32,000 nt of DNA from assembly GCA_963843975.1 (NCBI GenBank), contig CAWJMG010000003.1, forward strand, positions 270,001-302,000. The letters are read 5' to 3'. The position numbers were made by a program, and so were the translations under genes. This stretch comes from an uncultured Actinomycetes bacterium (GTDB taxonomy: Bacteria > Actinomycetota > Actinomycetes > S36-B12 > CAIYMF01). Of this stretch, positions 1-7,706 are shown piece by piece (the stretch's first letter is position 1; the number at the start of each line of letters is the position of its first letter). The notes beneath the pieces are model-generated. The model was not told the DNA's origin. It searched no databases and saw nothing but the letters and a program-made list of their open reading frames with translations.

Positions 1-482
1 CAGCACAAGTCATGGGTTCCATCTGTCCGGGTGCAATTGGGATCGTGTCGAAGCCGTTTCGACCCCTCCAGACCTAGGAGCAGGTCGCCGAGCACCTTTG
101 AGACGTTCGCGCGGTTGATCTCGTCGATCAAAACGAGGAAATCCCGGCTCGGTGAGGCCCGCGCCACCTTGATCCATTCCTGGAAAACCCCGGAACGCAA
201 CTCGAATCCCCTGGGCTTGCTTGCGGGGTCTTCCGAACTGGCAGGAGCCGGGTTGTATCGGATTCCTTCGACGAACTCCTCGTAACTCGTGCTTGGGTGG
301 AAGGTGACCGCCCACGAGCCGACTCCAACGGCTGGTTCGCCGCGGTCGTTGCTGCCGATAAGGCGGGGCCAGGCTTCCGCAATGGCCGCGATAGAGAACG
401 ACTTCCCAGTTCCGGGAGGGCCCTCCAGAATTGCGTTCTTGAATACCTGCAGTGCTTCAACGGCATCGCTAACAGTCGTCAC
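1..482 (-). CDS. McrB-like AAA+ (AAA_5 type) NTPase, 5' part only; the gene runs past the left window edge
   Basis: Absent from the supplied ORF track because it is open to the window edge. The minus-strand frame starts at GTG 482, with a GAGGA Shine-Dalgarno 5 nt upstream and an in-frame TGA just before it. It reads VTTVSDAVEALQVFKNAILEGPPGTGKSF (Walker A), VTFHPSTSYEEFVEG, and FLVLIDEINRANVSKVLGDLL (Walker B plus EINRAN). These are the three signature blocks of McrB-family GTPases. No N-terminal DNA-reader domain precedes the P-loop. Confidence 0.75.
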   Translation of the reverse strand, partial: MTTVSDAVEALQVFKNAILEGPPGTGKSFSIAAIAEAWPRLIGSNDRGEPAVGVGSWAVTFHPSTSYEEFVEGIRYNPAPASSEDPASKPRGFELRSGVFQEWIKVARASPSRDFLVLIDEINRANVSKVLGDLLLGLEGSKRLRHDPNCTRTDGTHDLC

Positions 483-672
483 AGCGATCCTCGGCTTTGG
501 TGCTCATGCCCATGCTGCGAGGTTATCCGGGTTCATGACGTTGGGACGGGAAAAGCGGATTGGAAGGCCACCTGGCGAGATCGATCGCTTCGCGAAGAGC
601 GAGCCGGGCCGTCAGCCACTCTCTGCGGCTGGCGGTGCATGCTCCGGCGATTCACGCGTTCGACCTGCGATC

Positions 673-1146
673 TCAGGCGACGTCCTCGTCGGAGCCGACG
701 GACTCGAGGTCGACCGGAAACGGAGTGGATCCTCCGAAGACCGCGGCCACCATGACGCCGATCTCGTCGGCGACCGTCGTGACGGAATCGAGTGCACGCT
801 CGATGGCGGGCTTGTCGACCGACATCCAGTGGATCGCGGCGTCGATCACGATGGCGCCGTCGTCCCAGGAGATCGAGGTCCAGCGGCTGCGGGGGTTGAG
901 CTCGGTCAGTTCGGTGAGCATCTTGCGCGACTTCGGCACCTCGTTCGCAGCCAGTGCAAACACGCGGACACCAGGCTGAGAGCCCCTGACCATTGAGACC
1001 CAGCACATCGACGTCTGGGAGCGGAAGGGGTAGTCGTCGTCGGCGTCGGTGGCCAGCTCGGTGTGGCCCCAGATCTCCTGCAGGGCGCGCTCCACGTGCG
1101 AGCGCAGCATCCGCGTCATCTGCTCGTTGCTCTGGGTCTCGGTCAT
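673..1146 (-). CDS. YbjN / T3SS-chaperone-like (TY-Chap type) small acidic protein
   Basis: 157-aa ORF with GC-rich third codon positions. A strong SD (GAGGAGAGGTGGAG) lies 5 nt upstream of ATG 1146. The layout DADDDYPF...VRVFALAANEVPKSRKMLTELTELNPRSRWTSISWDDGAIVIDAAI...ADEIGVMVAAVFGG matches the YbjN-like fold family. Assignment is by eye only. Confidence 0.65.
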   Translation of the reverse strand: MTETQSNEQMTRMLRSHVERALQEIWGHTELATDADDDYPFRSQTSMCWVSMVRGSQPGVRVFALAANEVPKSRKMLTELTELNPRSRWTSISWDDGAIVIDAAIHWMSVDKPAIERALDSVTTVADEIGVMVAAVFGGSTPFPVDLESVGSDEDVA

Positions 1147-1256
1147 CTCGACTCCACCTCTCCTCGTATGTCACCAGGGTAGGGAGGGGGTCTGACAGTC
1201 GAAATGGCATGGAGGAGTGCAGGAATCACCCGACTCGGAGGTTCCGAAATGTCTGC

Positions 1257-1835
1257 TCATGACTCCGAGTGGGCCACGTCGCTGCGGCCCTTCGAGCGCT
1301 TGCCGTAGGCTCGCCGCAGCTCCGTCAAGCGACTGCGTACGTCCGTTCGCGGCATCTTGTCGAGGTTGAGCGGCGGGTCGAGCTCGGCGAGCAGGGCTGT
1401 TTCCAGATGGTCGAGCGAGTCGGCATCCTCCACGGGGATCGCGATGACCCTGAGGTGGTCGTGCATCCATGCCGTGAGCCGGATCTCGTCGATGCCGGCG
1501 TCTCCGTTGGCGCTCGCGAGGATCGATCCGAGACTCAGCCGGAACGTCGAGAACTCGTGGCGACCGGCGAGGTGCATGCCTTTGATCCGCCCCCACAGGG
1601 TGTTCTTTGACTTCCTCCCGCTCTTCACGCGGGTCGCTCCAGCAAGGCCGGCGTAGATGAGGCCAGGTGCGATCTCCTGCCCAAGGCCTCGTGACAGATC
1701 GTCCGCTCCGCTCGCATCGACCCACCAGCTGTAGAGGCCGGGTGATCGGAGTCCTTCGCCCTCCGTGGCGAGGAACTCGGCAGGCGTCACCGCCGTGCTC
1801 TTCGCCGTCAGCGACTCGAGGAGCCTCCGAGGCAT
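1257..1835 (-). CDS. GIY-YIG nuclease superfamily protein (either an independent gene or the C-terminal module of a frame-broken fusion)
   Basis: 192-aa ORF. Motifs: PGLYSWW (GIY), GLIYAGLAG (YIG), LWGRIKGMH (conserved Arg), and HLETALLAELDPPLN (catalytic Glu plus Asn). There is no obvious SD before ATG 1835, and the upstream ORF has no stop before it. Confidence 0.7.
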   Translation of the reverse strand: MPRRLLESLTAKSTAVTPAEFLATEGEGLRSPGLYSWWVDASGADDLSRGLGQEIAPGLIYAGLAGATRVKSGRKSKNTLWGRIKGMHLAGRHEFSTFRLSLGSILASANGDAGIDEIRLTAWMHDHLRVIAIPVEDADSLDHLETALLAELDPPLNLDKMPRTDVRSRLTELRRAYGKRSKGRSDVAHSES

Positions 1836-2433
1836 CTGGTGCCGGTACCGCTGGCTTGGGTACTGCGGTAGCGGCTGGCTCCTCGACCCCGTACCAGCGG
1901 AGACGCTCGCCCAGGGACAGGCCAGCCAGGGGAGTTCGGATCACGGCACCGGCGGCCTCGAGCCGTGGACGAATCGCGCTGGCATAGGCGGCACCGGCAT
2001 GGATCTCGACGCAGATGCCAGCGAGGGGGCCCTGGACATCCTCGAGCCGCGCGACGACGTCCTCTCCCCAGGTGTTTCGGTACTCCCGCGTCGTCTTCGA
2101 CAATCGGAGGTCGTACGGCGCGATGACGTCGTCTGGCTCGAGCAGCCCGTGCTCGGCCGAAAGGATGTACCAGGTGGTGCCGCTGGCCTCAGCATACGCC
2201 CGCTCCTTGCGGAACAGACTGGACGTGTAGAGGTCCTTGGCAGGTGCCGGCTCGGTGTGCTTGCGCTTCACACAGCCGATGAGGACCACGTCCGGCCGAG
2301 TCGAACCCGACGCGGCCGGCGATGCCTGCGGGCTTGGCGTGCGATCGCCCGAAAAGGGTGTGGCGGACGAATGTGACGGACTCGCCCACTCGGACGTCGG
2401 TGGTCCGGAACCCCGGCCACCCGCTGCCGTCAC
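1836..2433 (-). CDS. DUF6884-like domain segment, with no stop codon of its own
   Basis: ORF 1171..2433 stays open straight through the GIY-YIG gene. Only its 5' part looks protein-like: DVVLIGCVKRKHTEPAPAKDLYTSSLFRKERAYAE...WYILSAEHGLLEPDDVIAPYDLRL...GLSLGERLRWYG, followed by a Pro/Ala linker. Downstream of about 1835 the frame becomes Arg/Pro-rich junk. A possible internal start is GTG 2289. Confidence 0.55.
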
Positions 2434-2620
2434 CGCTCCAGAACGCGCCGTAGCGGTACGCCGAAGGAGGCAGGTCGCCTACGAGAGCCTCGAGCTCCGA
2501 CCACGCGAGCGTGACGGCCTCAGGCTCATCGGCGAGACGTCGGCGGAGGGGCTTCCAGGAGGCCATGTCAGCCCAAGGCCGTCGTTCGCGTTGCCGCTCG
2601 GTGAAGCACGAGGAAAGCAT
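2189..2620 (-). CDS. Small N-terminal module (DUF7662-like; family name from memory), with no credible stop of its own
   Basis: ATG 2620 has a GGGAGG SD 6 nt upstream; the alternative start is ATG 2566. MASWKPLRRRLADEPEAVTLAWSELEALVGDLPPSAYRYGAFWSG...GWPGFRTTDVRVGESVTFVRH looks like the small LPxSA...WW domain. After about 2360 this frame turns junk-like, while the next frame carries a Pro/Ser/Ala linker into the DUF6884-like domain. Confidence 0.45.
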   Translation of the reverse strand: MLSSCFTERQRERRPWADMASWKPLRRRLADEPEAVTLAWSELEALVGDLPPSAYRYGAFWSGDGSGWPGFRTTDVRVGESVTFVRHTLFGRSHAKPAGIAGRVGFDSAGRGPHRLCEAQAHRAGTCQGPLHVQSVPQGAGVC

Positions 2621-2693
2621 GCCCTACCTCCCGGTGGCGACGGAGGCACGACCGGGCCGATGGCCGTCGACTGTCAGACCCCAGCGGTACCTT

Positions 2694-2716
2694 CTGGCTA
2701 CTGGCTACTGGCTACT
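2694..2716. repeat. Tandem heptamer (CTGGCTA/TGGCTAC) x3.3 in the divergent intergenic region
   Basis: The sequence is ctggcta ctggcta ctggcta ct, read directly. It ends 1 nt before the GGGGGAAG SD of the 2727 gene. Confidence 0.9.
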
Positions 2717-2726
2717 AGGGGGAAGC

Positions 2727-5700
2727 ATGTTCGTGCTCGAGGGATCGATCGTCTACAGCGCAAGCGATCTCGCGCAGGCCGCAGGCTGCGAGTTCGCCGC
2801 GCTCCGCACCCTCGACGCGAAGCTGAAGCGCATCGTGTTCGAGTCGAAGGCCGACGCGATGCTCGAGCGCACCGCCCGCCTCGGCGACGCGCACGAGGAG
2901 CGAGTACTCGACCGCTACGTCGAGGCTTTCGGAGCCCACGTGCCTGGGGTTGCCGGTGGCGTGGCAGACATCCCGAAGCCCGAGCGCTACGACGCACCGT
3001 CGCTGAAGGCTGCCCTCGACGCCACCATCACCGCGATGCGCGACGGCGCCGACGTCGTGTTCCAGGGCTCGTTCTTCGACGGCCGATTCCACGGCCGGTC
3101 CGACTTCGTCGTGCGGGTGGACGAGCGGTACGCCGTCCACGACACGAAGCTCGCAAAGCACGCGAAGATCACCGCGCTCCTGCAGCTCGCGGCGTACGCG
3201 CACCAGCTCGAGATCAACGGCATCCCGGTGCACGACGACGTGACCCTCGTGCTCGGCGACGGCGCCGAGTCCGTCCACGGCGTCGGCGACCTGATCCCGG
3301 TCTACCTCGAGCGTCGTACACGGCTGGAGAGGATCCTCGACGAGCACCAGGCCGAGGACGGCCGGGTCGCCTGGAACGACCCGCGCTACCTCGCCTGCGG
3401 CCGCTGCGACGTCTGCGAGGCCGAGGTGAACGCCCACCGCGACCTGCTACTGGTGGCCAACCTCCGTGTGAGCCAGCGGACGCACCTGCGCGCGGCCGGG
3501 ATCGAGACCATTGACGCGCTCGCCTCCTCGGTCGGCCCGGTCGAAGGCATCCCGATGTCGACGCTGACGCGCCTGCGCGAGCAGGCTTTGCTGCAGGTCG
3601 GGCAGGACGGCCGTCCGCTGCTGCCTGGCGATCGGCCCGACGTCGAGGCGGTCGTCTTCGCGACCGAGGCGCTGCAGGCCCTGCCTCTTCCCGACGCCGG
3701 CGACATCTTCTTCGACTTCGAGGGCGACCCGCTCTGGGCCGAGGATGGCTCGGCCGAATGGGGGCTGGAGTACCTGTTTGGAGTGGTCGAGGGCGACAGT
3801 GGCGCGTTCATCCCGTTTTGGGCCCACGACCGGCGCGAGGAGAAGCAGGCGCTGGTCGACTTCCTGGCCTACGTGGCCAAGCGTCGCGCCGCGTTCCCTG
3901 GCATGCACATCTACCACTACGCGGCGTACGAGAAGACCGCGCTGCTGCGGCTCGTCGGCCGCCACGGCGTGGGGGAGGACCAGGTCGACGACCTGCTCCG
4001 TGCGGGCGTGCTCGTCGACCTCTACGCCACGGTGCGGCAGAGCATCCGCGTCTCGCAGCCGTCGTACTCGATCAAGAAGCTCGAGCCCCTCTACATGGGC
4101 GATGACCTTCGCTCGGGCGTGACCAATGCTGCCGACTCAGTGACCGAGTACGCCCTCGCATGCGAGGCGCGCGAGGCCGGCGACACGGCCGAGTTCGACC
4201 GGATCATGGCCGAGATCGCCGACTACAACCACTACGACTGCCGTTCGACGCTGAAGCTGCGCGACTGGCTGCGCGAGCGTGCGATCGCCGCGGGCGTGGC
4301 CTGGGACGGCGACGACGTCGACGAGCTCGAGGAACGGATCGAGCGAGAGCTGGACCCGGTCGAGCTCGATCTGCTCGCCCTGGTCGGTGACACTCCGCGG
4401 TCGGAGCGCACGGCCGACGAACAGGCGGTCGCCATGGTCGCGGCTGCGATCGGCTACCACCGCCGCGAGGACAAGCCCTTCTGGTGGGCGCACTTCGACC
4501 GGCTCGCGCAGCCCGTCGACGAGTGGGCCAACACGCGTGACGTCTTCGTGGCGGAGTCGGGTCGAGTGATCTCCGGCTGGTCGCTCACCGGCAAGCAGAA
4601 GAAGCCGCGTCGCACCATAGAGCTCACCGGCCAGTGGGGGGCCGGTACCACGAACGACGGTGGCGGCGTCTACGTCGTCCACGACGCTCCGGCTCCGGCA
4701 GGCCTTCCGGTGCCCATCGGCAGCGTGCGGTCGTGGATCGACGGCACGGTCACTGGTCGTCGTGTCGACGATGACGGACGCGACGTGCTGACAGTCGAGG
4801 AGATCCGTCCGGCGGAGTCTCCCGAGTACGACGCTCTGCCGCTCGCTCTCACTCCGACCTCTGGCCCTCCGACCACCAACCTCCAGACCGCGATCCACGA
4901 GCTCGCCGAGGCGGTGCTCGACGACGGCCTCCACGCGCAGGCTGGGCTCGACGTGCTCCGACGCCTTCCGCCGCGGATCGCCGGCGTCGCCTTGCCGGCC
5001 GTGGGCCCAGGGGAGCGCGCAGTGATCGACGCGATCACCGCGGCCGTGGCGGGCCTCGACCGCTCCTACATCGCGGTCCAGGGCCCACCCGGCACCGGCA
5101 AGTCGTACGTCGGTTCGCACGTCGTGGCCGCACTCGTCGCCCGCGGGTGGCGCATCGGCGTCGTCGCACAGTCCCACGCGGTGGTCGAGCACTTCCTCGA
5201 CGCCGTGATAGAGGCCGGCGTGCCGAGCGATCGTGTTGGCAAGGAGTCCAAGGCAACCGACGCGCCGACGTGGACGGCGCTCCCCAAGGCCGACAAGCTG
5301 GCCGACTTCCTGGCAGCCCACCCCGATGGGTGCGTCATAGGTGGGACCGCTTGGGACCTCACCAACACCAAACGGGTGGCGCGGGGGCAGCTCGACCTGG
5401 TGGTCATCGACGAGGCTGGCCAGTTCTCGCTGGCCAACACTCTTGCCGTCTCCGCCGCTGGGGAGCGTCTGCTCCTTCTCGGTGATCCGCAGCAGTTGCC
5501 TCAGGTCAGTCAGGGCACCCACCCCGAGCCGGTCGACGGATCTGCCTTGGGCTGGCTCAACGAGGGCCACCGCACACTGCCCGCCGATCGCGGCTACTTC
5601 CTCGAGCGGTCGTGGCGCATGCACCCGGCCGTTTGCGACCGGATCTCCGTGCTGTCGTACGACGGCAAGCTGCGCTCGCAGGAGCCGGAGACCACAAACC

Positions 5701-6203
5701 CATCGATGTCCGGGATCGATGCCGGTCTGCATGTGATCCACGTGGACCACCTCGGCAACTCGGTGTCGTCGCCGCAGGAGGCCGTCGAGATCGTCGAGCA
5801 GGTACGCCGAGTGCTTGGCTGCACCTGGCACGACCCGAAGGAGAGCGCGGTCGCTCGCCCGACGACGCAGGCCGACCTGCTCGTCGTGGCGGCGTACAAC
5901 GCGCAGGTAGCGCTCCTGCGTCATGAGCTGAAGGCAGCGGGCTTCGGCGACGTCAAGGTCGGTACGGTCGACAAGCTCCAGGGCCAGGAAGCGCCCGTGG
6001 TGATCGTGTCGATGGCCGCGTCCTCGTCCGCAGATGTGCCACGGGGTATGGACTTCCTGATCTCACGCCATCGCGTGAACGTCGCAGTGTCACGGGCGAA
6101 GTGGGCGGCCATCGTTGTGCGGTCGCTGTACCTGACGGACTACCTGCCCGGGTCGCCCCAGGGCCTGGCCGATCTCGGTGCGTTCATCCGACTGACGGGC
6201 TGA
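2727..6203 (+). CDS. Three-module protein: RecB/Cas4-like nuclease, RNase H-like (YprB/TM0106-type) domain, and SF1 (Dna2/Nam7-like) helicase
   Basis: ATG 2727 is preceded by a GGGGGAAG SD; the track start at 2511 would overlap the divergent gene. Nuclease motifs are SDFVVRV...VHDTKLAK...LLQLAAYAHQL (D, DxK, QxxxY) plus four Cys (AAGCEF...ACGRCDVCEAE). The RNaseH-like block is IFFDFEGDPLW...HYAAYEKTALLRL...YNHYDCRSTLKLRDWL. Helicase motifs are VQGPPGTGKSY (Walker A), LVVIDEAGQF (Walker B), LLLLGDPQQLPQV, VDKLQGQEAPVVIVSM and VAVSRAKWAAIVV. Confidence 0.85.
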   Translation: MFVLEGSIVYSASDLAQAAGCEFAALRTLDAKLKRIVFESKADAMLERTARLGDAHEERVLDRYVEAFGAHVPGVAGGVADIPKPERYDAPSLKAALDATITAMRDGADVVFQGSFFDGRFHGRSDFVVRVDERYAVHDTKLAKHAKITALLQLAAYAHQLEINGIPVHDDVTLVLGDGAESVHGVGDLIPVYLERRTRLERILDEHQAEDGRVAWNDPRYLACGRCDVCEAEVNAHRDLLLVANLRVSQRTHLRAAGIETIDALASSVGPVEGIPMSTLTRLREQALLQVGQDGRPLLPGDRPDVEAVVFATEALQALPLPDAGDIFFDFEGDPLWAEDGSAEWGLEYLFGVVEGDSGAFIPFWAHDRREEKQALVDFLAYVAKRRAAFPGMHIYHYAAYEKTALLRLVGRHGVGEDQVDDLLRAGVLVDLYATVRQSIRVSQPSYSIKKLEPLYMGDDLRSGVTNAADSVTEYALACEAREAGDTAEFDRIMAEIADYNHYDCRSTLKLRDWLRERAIAAGVAWDGDDVDELEERIERELDPVELDLLALVGDTPRSERTADEQAVAMVAAAIGYHRREDKPFWWAHFDRLAQPVDEWANTRDVFVAESGRVISGWSLTGKQKKPRRTIELTGQWGAGTTNDGGGVYVVHDAPAPAGLPVPIGSVRSWIDGTVTGRRVDDDGRDVLTVEEIRPAESPEYDALPLALTPTSGPPTTNLQTAIHELAEAVLDDGLHAQAGLDVLRRLPPRIAGVALPAVGPGERAVIDAITAAVAGLDRSYIAVQGPPGTGKSYVGSHVVAALVARGWRIGVVAQSHAVVEHFLDAVIEAGVPSDRVGKESKATDAPTWTALPKADKLADFLAAHPDGCVIGGTAWDLTNTKRVARGQLDLVVIDEAGQFSLANTLAVSAAGERLLLLGDPQQLPQVSQGTHPEPVDGSALGWLNEGHRTLPADRGYFLERSWRMHPAVCDRISVLSYDGKLRSQEPETTNPSMSGIDAGLHVIHVDHLGNSVSSPQEAVEIVEQVRRVLGCTWHDPKESAVARPTTQADLLVVAAYNAQVALLRHELKAAGFGDVKVGTVDKLQGQEAPVVIVSMAASSSADVPRGMDFLISRHRVNVAVSRAKWAAIVVRSLYLTDYLPGSPQGLADLGAFIRLTG

Positions 6204-6399
6204 GAGCGGCGGCCGGTTCAGTGCCACGTTCACTTGGGTCAGCTGGGGGTGATCCGACCCATCTCGCCTCGGCTCCCTCAGCAGCGGCCGGGAGTCGGGT
6301 TTGCGACAAGCCACGACGCGAGGTCGGCCGCATTGATCAGTCAGAGAGCGAAACGCATCGAACGGACCGCAGGATGTGTGCGGAGGAAGGGACTCGGGC

Positions 6400-7512
6400 A
6401 TGGACTTGAGCGAGTATGAGAAGCGCGCGCTGGCGGAGATCCAGACGCACAAGGATCGAATGGTCACGGCACAGACCCGGCGCATCGTTCCCGAGTCCGT
6501 GAGGGGCCAGACAGCTGCTGCTGGCAAAGCCGTTCGCGAACGGGCTTCGAAGGTTCCCGGCTTTGACAAGGCGGCGGCTCGTGCCCGCGACGGGTACTTG
6601 CAGGCAGTGAGCGGCATGGGCAAAGCCATCAACACCAGCAGCCGTCTGAGCCTGTCGGAGCAGCGATTGCTCAAGGCCTATGCGAAGCGCGGCCACGACG
6701 TGGGCGATCTGACCGCAATCCGCTCGCTCGACCTACGGATCGTCGAGAAGCGCGCGATGCCCAACTACCTGCCCTACTTGTACGCGAGCGCCGCCGCCGT
6801 TGAGGGGGCGGCCAGCGGCCTCGTCGTGACGGGCGGCCAGATCGTTGCCGAGGGCGGCGCCATTGCCGGGGCCGGAGCTGGAGCCGCTCCGGGACTCGGC
6901 GCCATCACCGCAAGCGTCGCCGTCGACGCTGCGGCTGTCCTCGCGCTGTGCACGCGGGTCGTCGGCCACACCGCCATGTACTACGGCTACGACCCCCGCG
7001 AGCCCGCGGAGGCCGTGTTTGCCCTTGGTGTCATCAATCTCGGCACGGCTGTGAGCGGAGCCGGCAAGTATGCCGCCTACACAGAGCTGTCCAGAATCAC
7101 GCAGCTGTTGACGCGTAACACGACGTGGGCGGCGCTCAACAAGAGCGCGCTTCCTCGGGTCATGAACAAGTTCGCGGCCGCCTTCGGCGTCCGGCTCACG
7201 AAGCGCAAGCGAGGTGCCCTCATCCCCGTCGCTGGAGTCGTGGTTGGTGCAGGAATGAACTACTTGATCGTCGATCAGGTGTCGGACGCCGCTTACTGGA
7301 CCTATCGGGAACGATTCCTGAACGAGAAGCAAGGGATCAGCGACCTGTACGTCCCAGCACCCACCACCCAGTTCGATAGTGACATCGACGAACAGGACGC
7401 CCTCATCGACCTGGTGTCGATCGTCGACGAAGCTGCCGGCCAAGCGGAGGAATTGGATGCGGTGGAGGGTGCCGAAGAGCGATCGCAGCGGCATGCAGAG
7501 GGCGATGCTTAG
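6400..7512 (+). CDS. EcsC-family protein
   Basis: ATG 6400 has a GGAGGAAGG SD 9 nt upstream. MDLSEYEKRALAEIQTHKDRM is followed by a Gly/Ala-rich hydrophobic core, then ...AALNKSALPRVMNKFAAAFGVRLTKRKRGALIPVAGVVVGAGMNYLIVDQVSDAAYWTYRERFL. This matches the EcsC pattern by eye. Confidence 0.7.
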   Translation: MDLSEYEKRALAEIQTHKDRMVTAQTRRIVPESVRGQTAAAGKAVRERASKVPGFDKAAARARDGYLQAVSGMGKAINTSSRLSLSEQRLLKAYAKRGHDVGDLTAIRSLDLRIVEKRAMPNYLPYLYASAAAVEGAASGLVVTGGQIVAEGGAIAGAGAGAAPGLGAITASVAVDAAAVLALCTRVVGHTAMYYGYDPREPAEAVFALGVINLGTAVSGAGKYAAYTELSRITQLLTRNTTWAALNKSALPRVMNKFAAAFGVRLTKRKRGALIPVAGVVVGAGMNYLIVDQVSDAAYWTYRERFLNEKQGISDLYVPAPTTQFDSDIDEQDALIDLVSIVDEAAGQAEELDAVEGAEERSQRHAEGDA

Positions 7513-7706
7513 CGCCTCAGCGACCTCGCCGATCTAGGCGACGAGCGAGCCTCCGCACCAGCAGGTCCAGTTCGTCGCAGCCCACCACTGGGTTCCCATA
7601 GCGTGAGTCGTAGTCGCCGGATTGGTGCGCGGATGAATTGCTGGCGTAGCTGACGCTGCCCCAATCGGCTCCGGCACGAGCAGTAGTCCTACTCCGGACA
7701 TCACGC

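Noticed and set aside
1171-1835. The 3' two-thirds of ORF 1171..2433, overlapping the GIY-YIG gene in another frame.
   Set aside because: It is Arg/Pro/His-rich junk, whereas the overlapping frame carries all the GIY-YIG motifs.
2511-2726. Upstream extension of the nuclease-helicase ORF (track start at 2511).
   Set aside because: The extension is Arg-rich junk and would overlap the divergent gene. ATG 2727 has a strong GGGGGAAG SD, and the conserved N-terminus starts there.
4137-5924. A 595-aa minus-strand ORF antisense to the nuclease-helicase gene. Similar long antisense or out-of-frame ORFs occur at 2237..3514+, 8643..9662+, 14658..16319-, 14864..16354+, 17399..18361-, 19650..20456-, 20499..21347-, 22186..23217- and 24073..25782-.
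   Set aside because: These are shadow ORFs, as expected in very GC-rich DNA. Their translations are Arg/Pro/Gly/Ala-rich low-complexity strings with no motifs. Each lies entirely within a gene on the other strand or frame that has clear family signatures.
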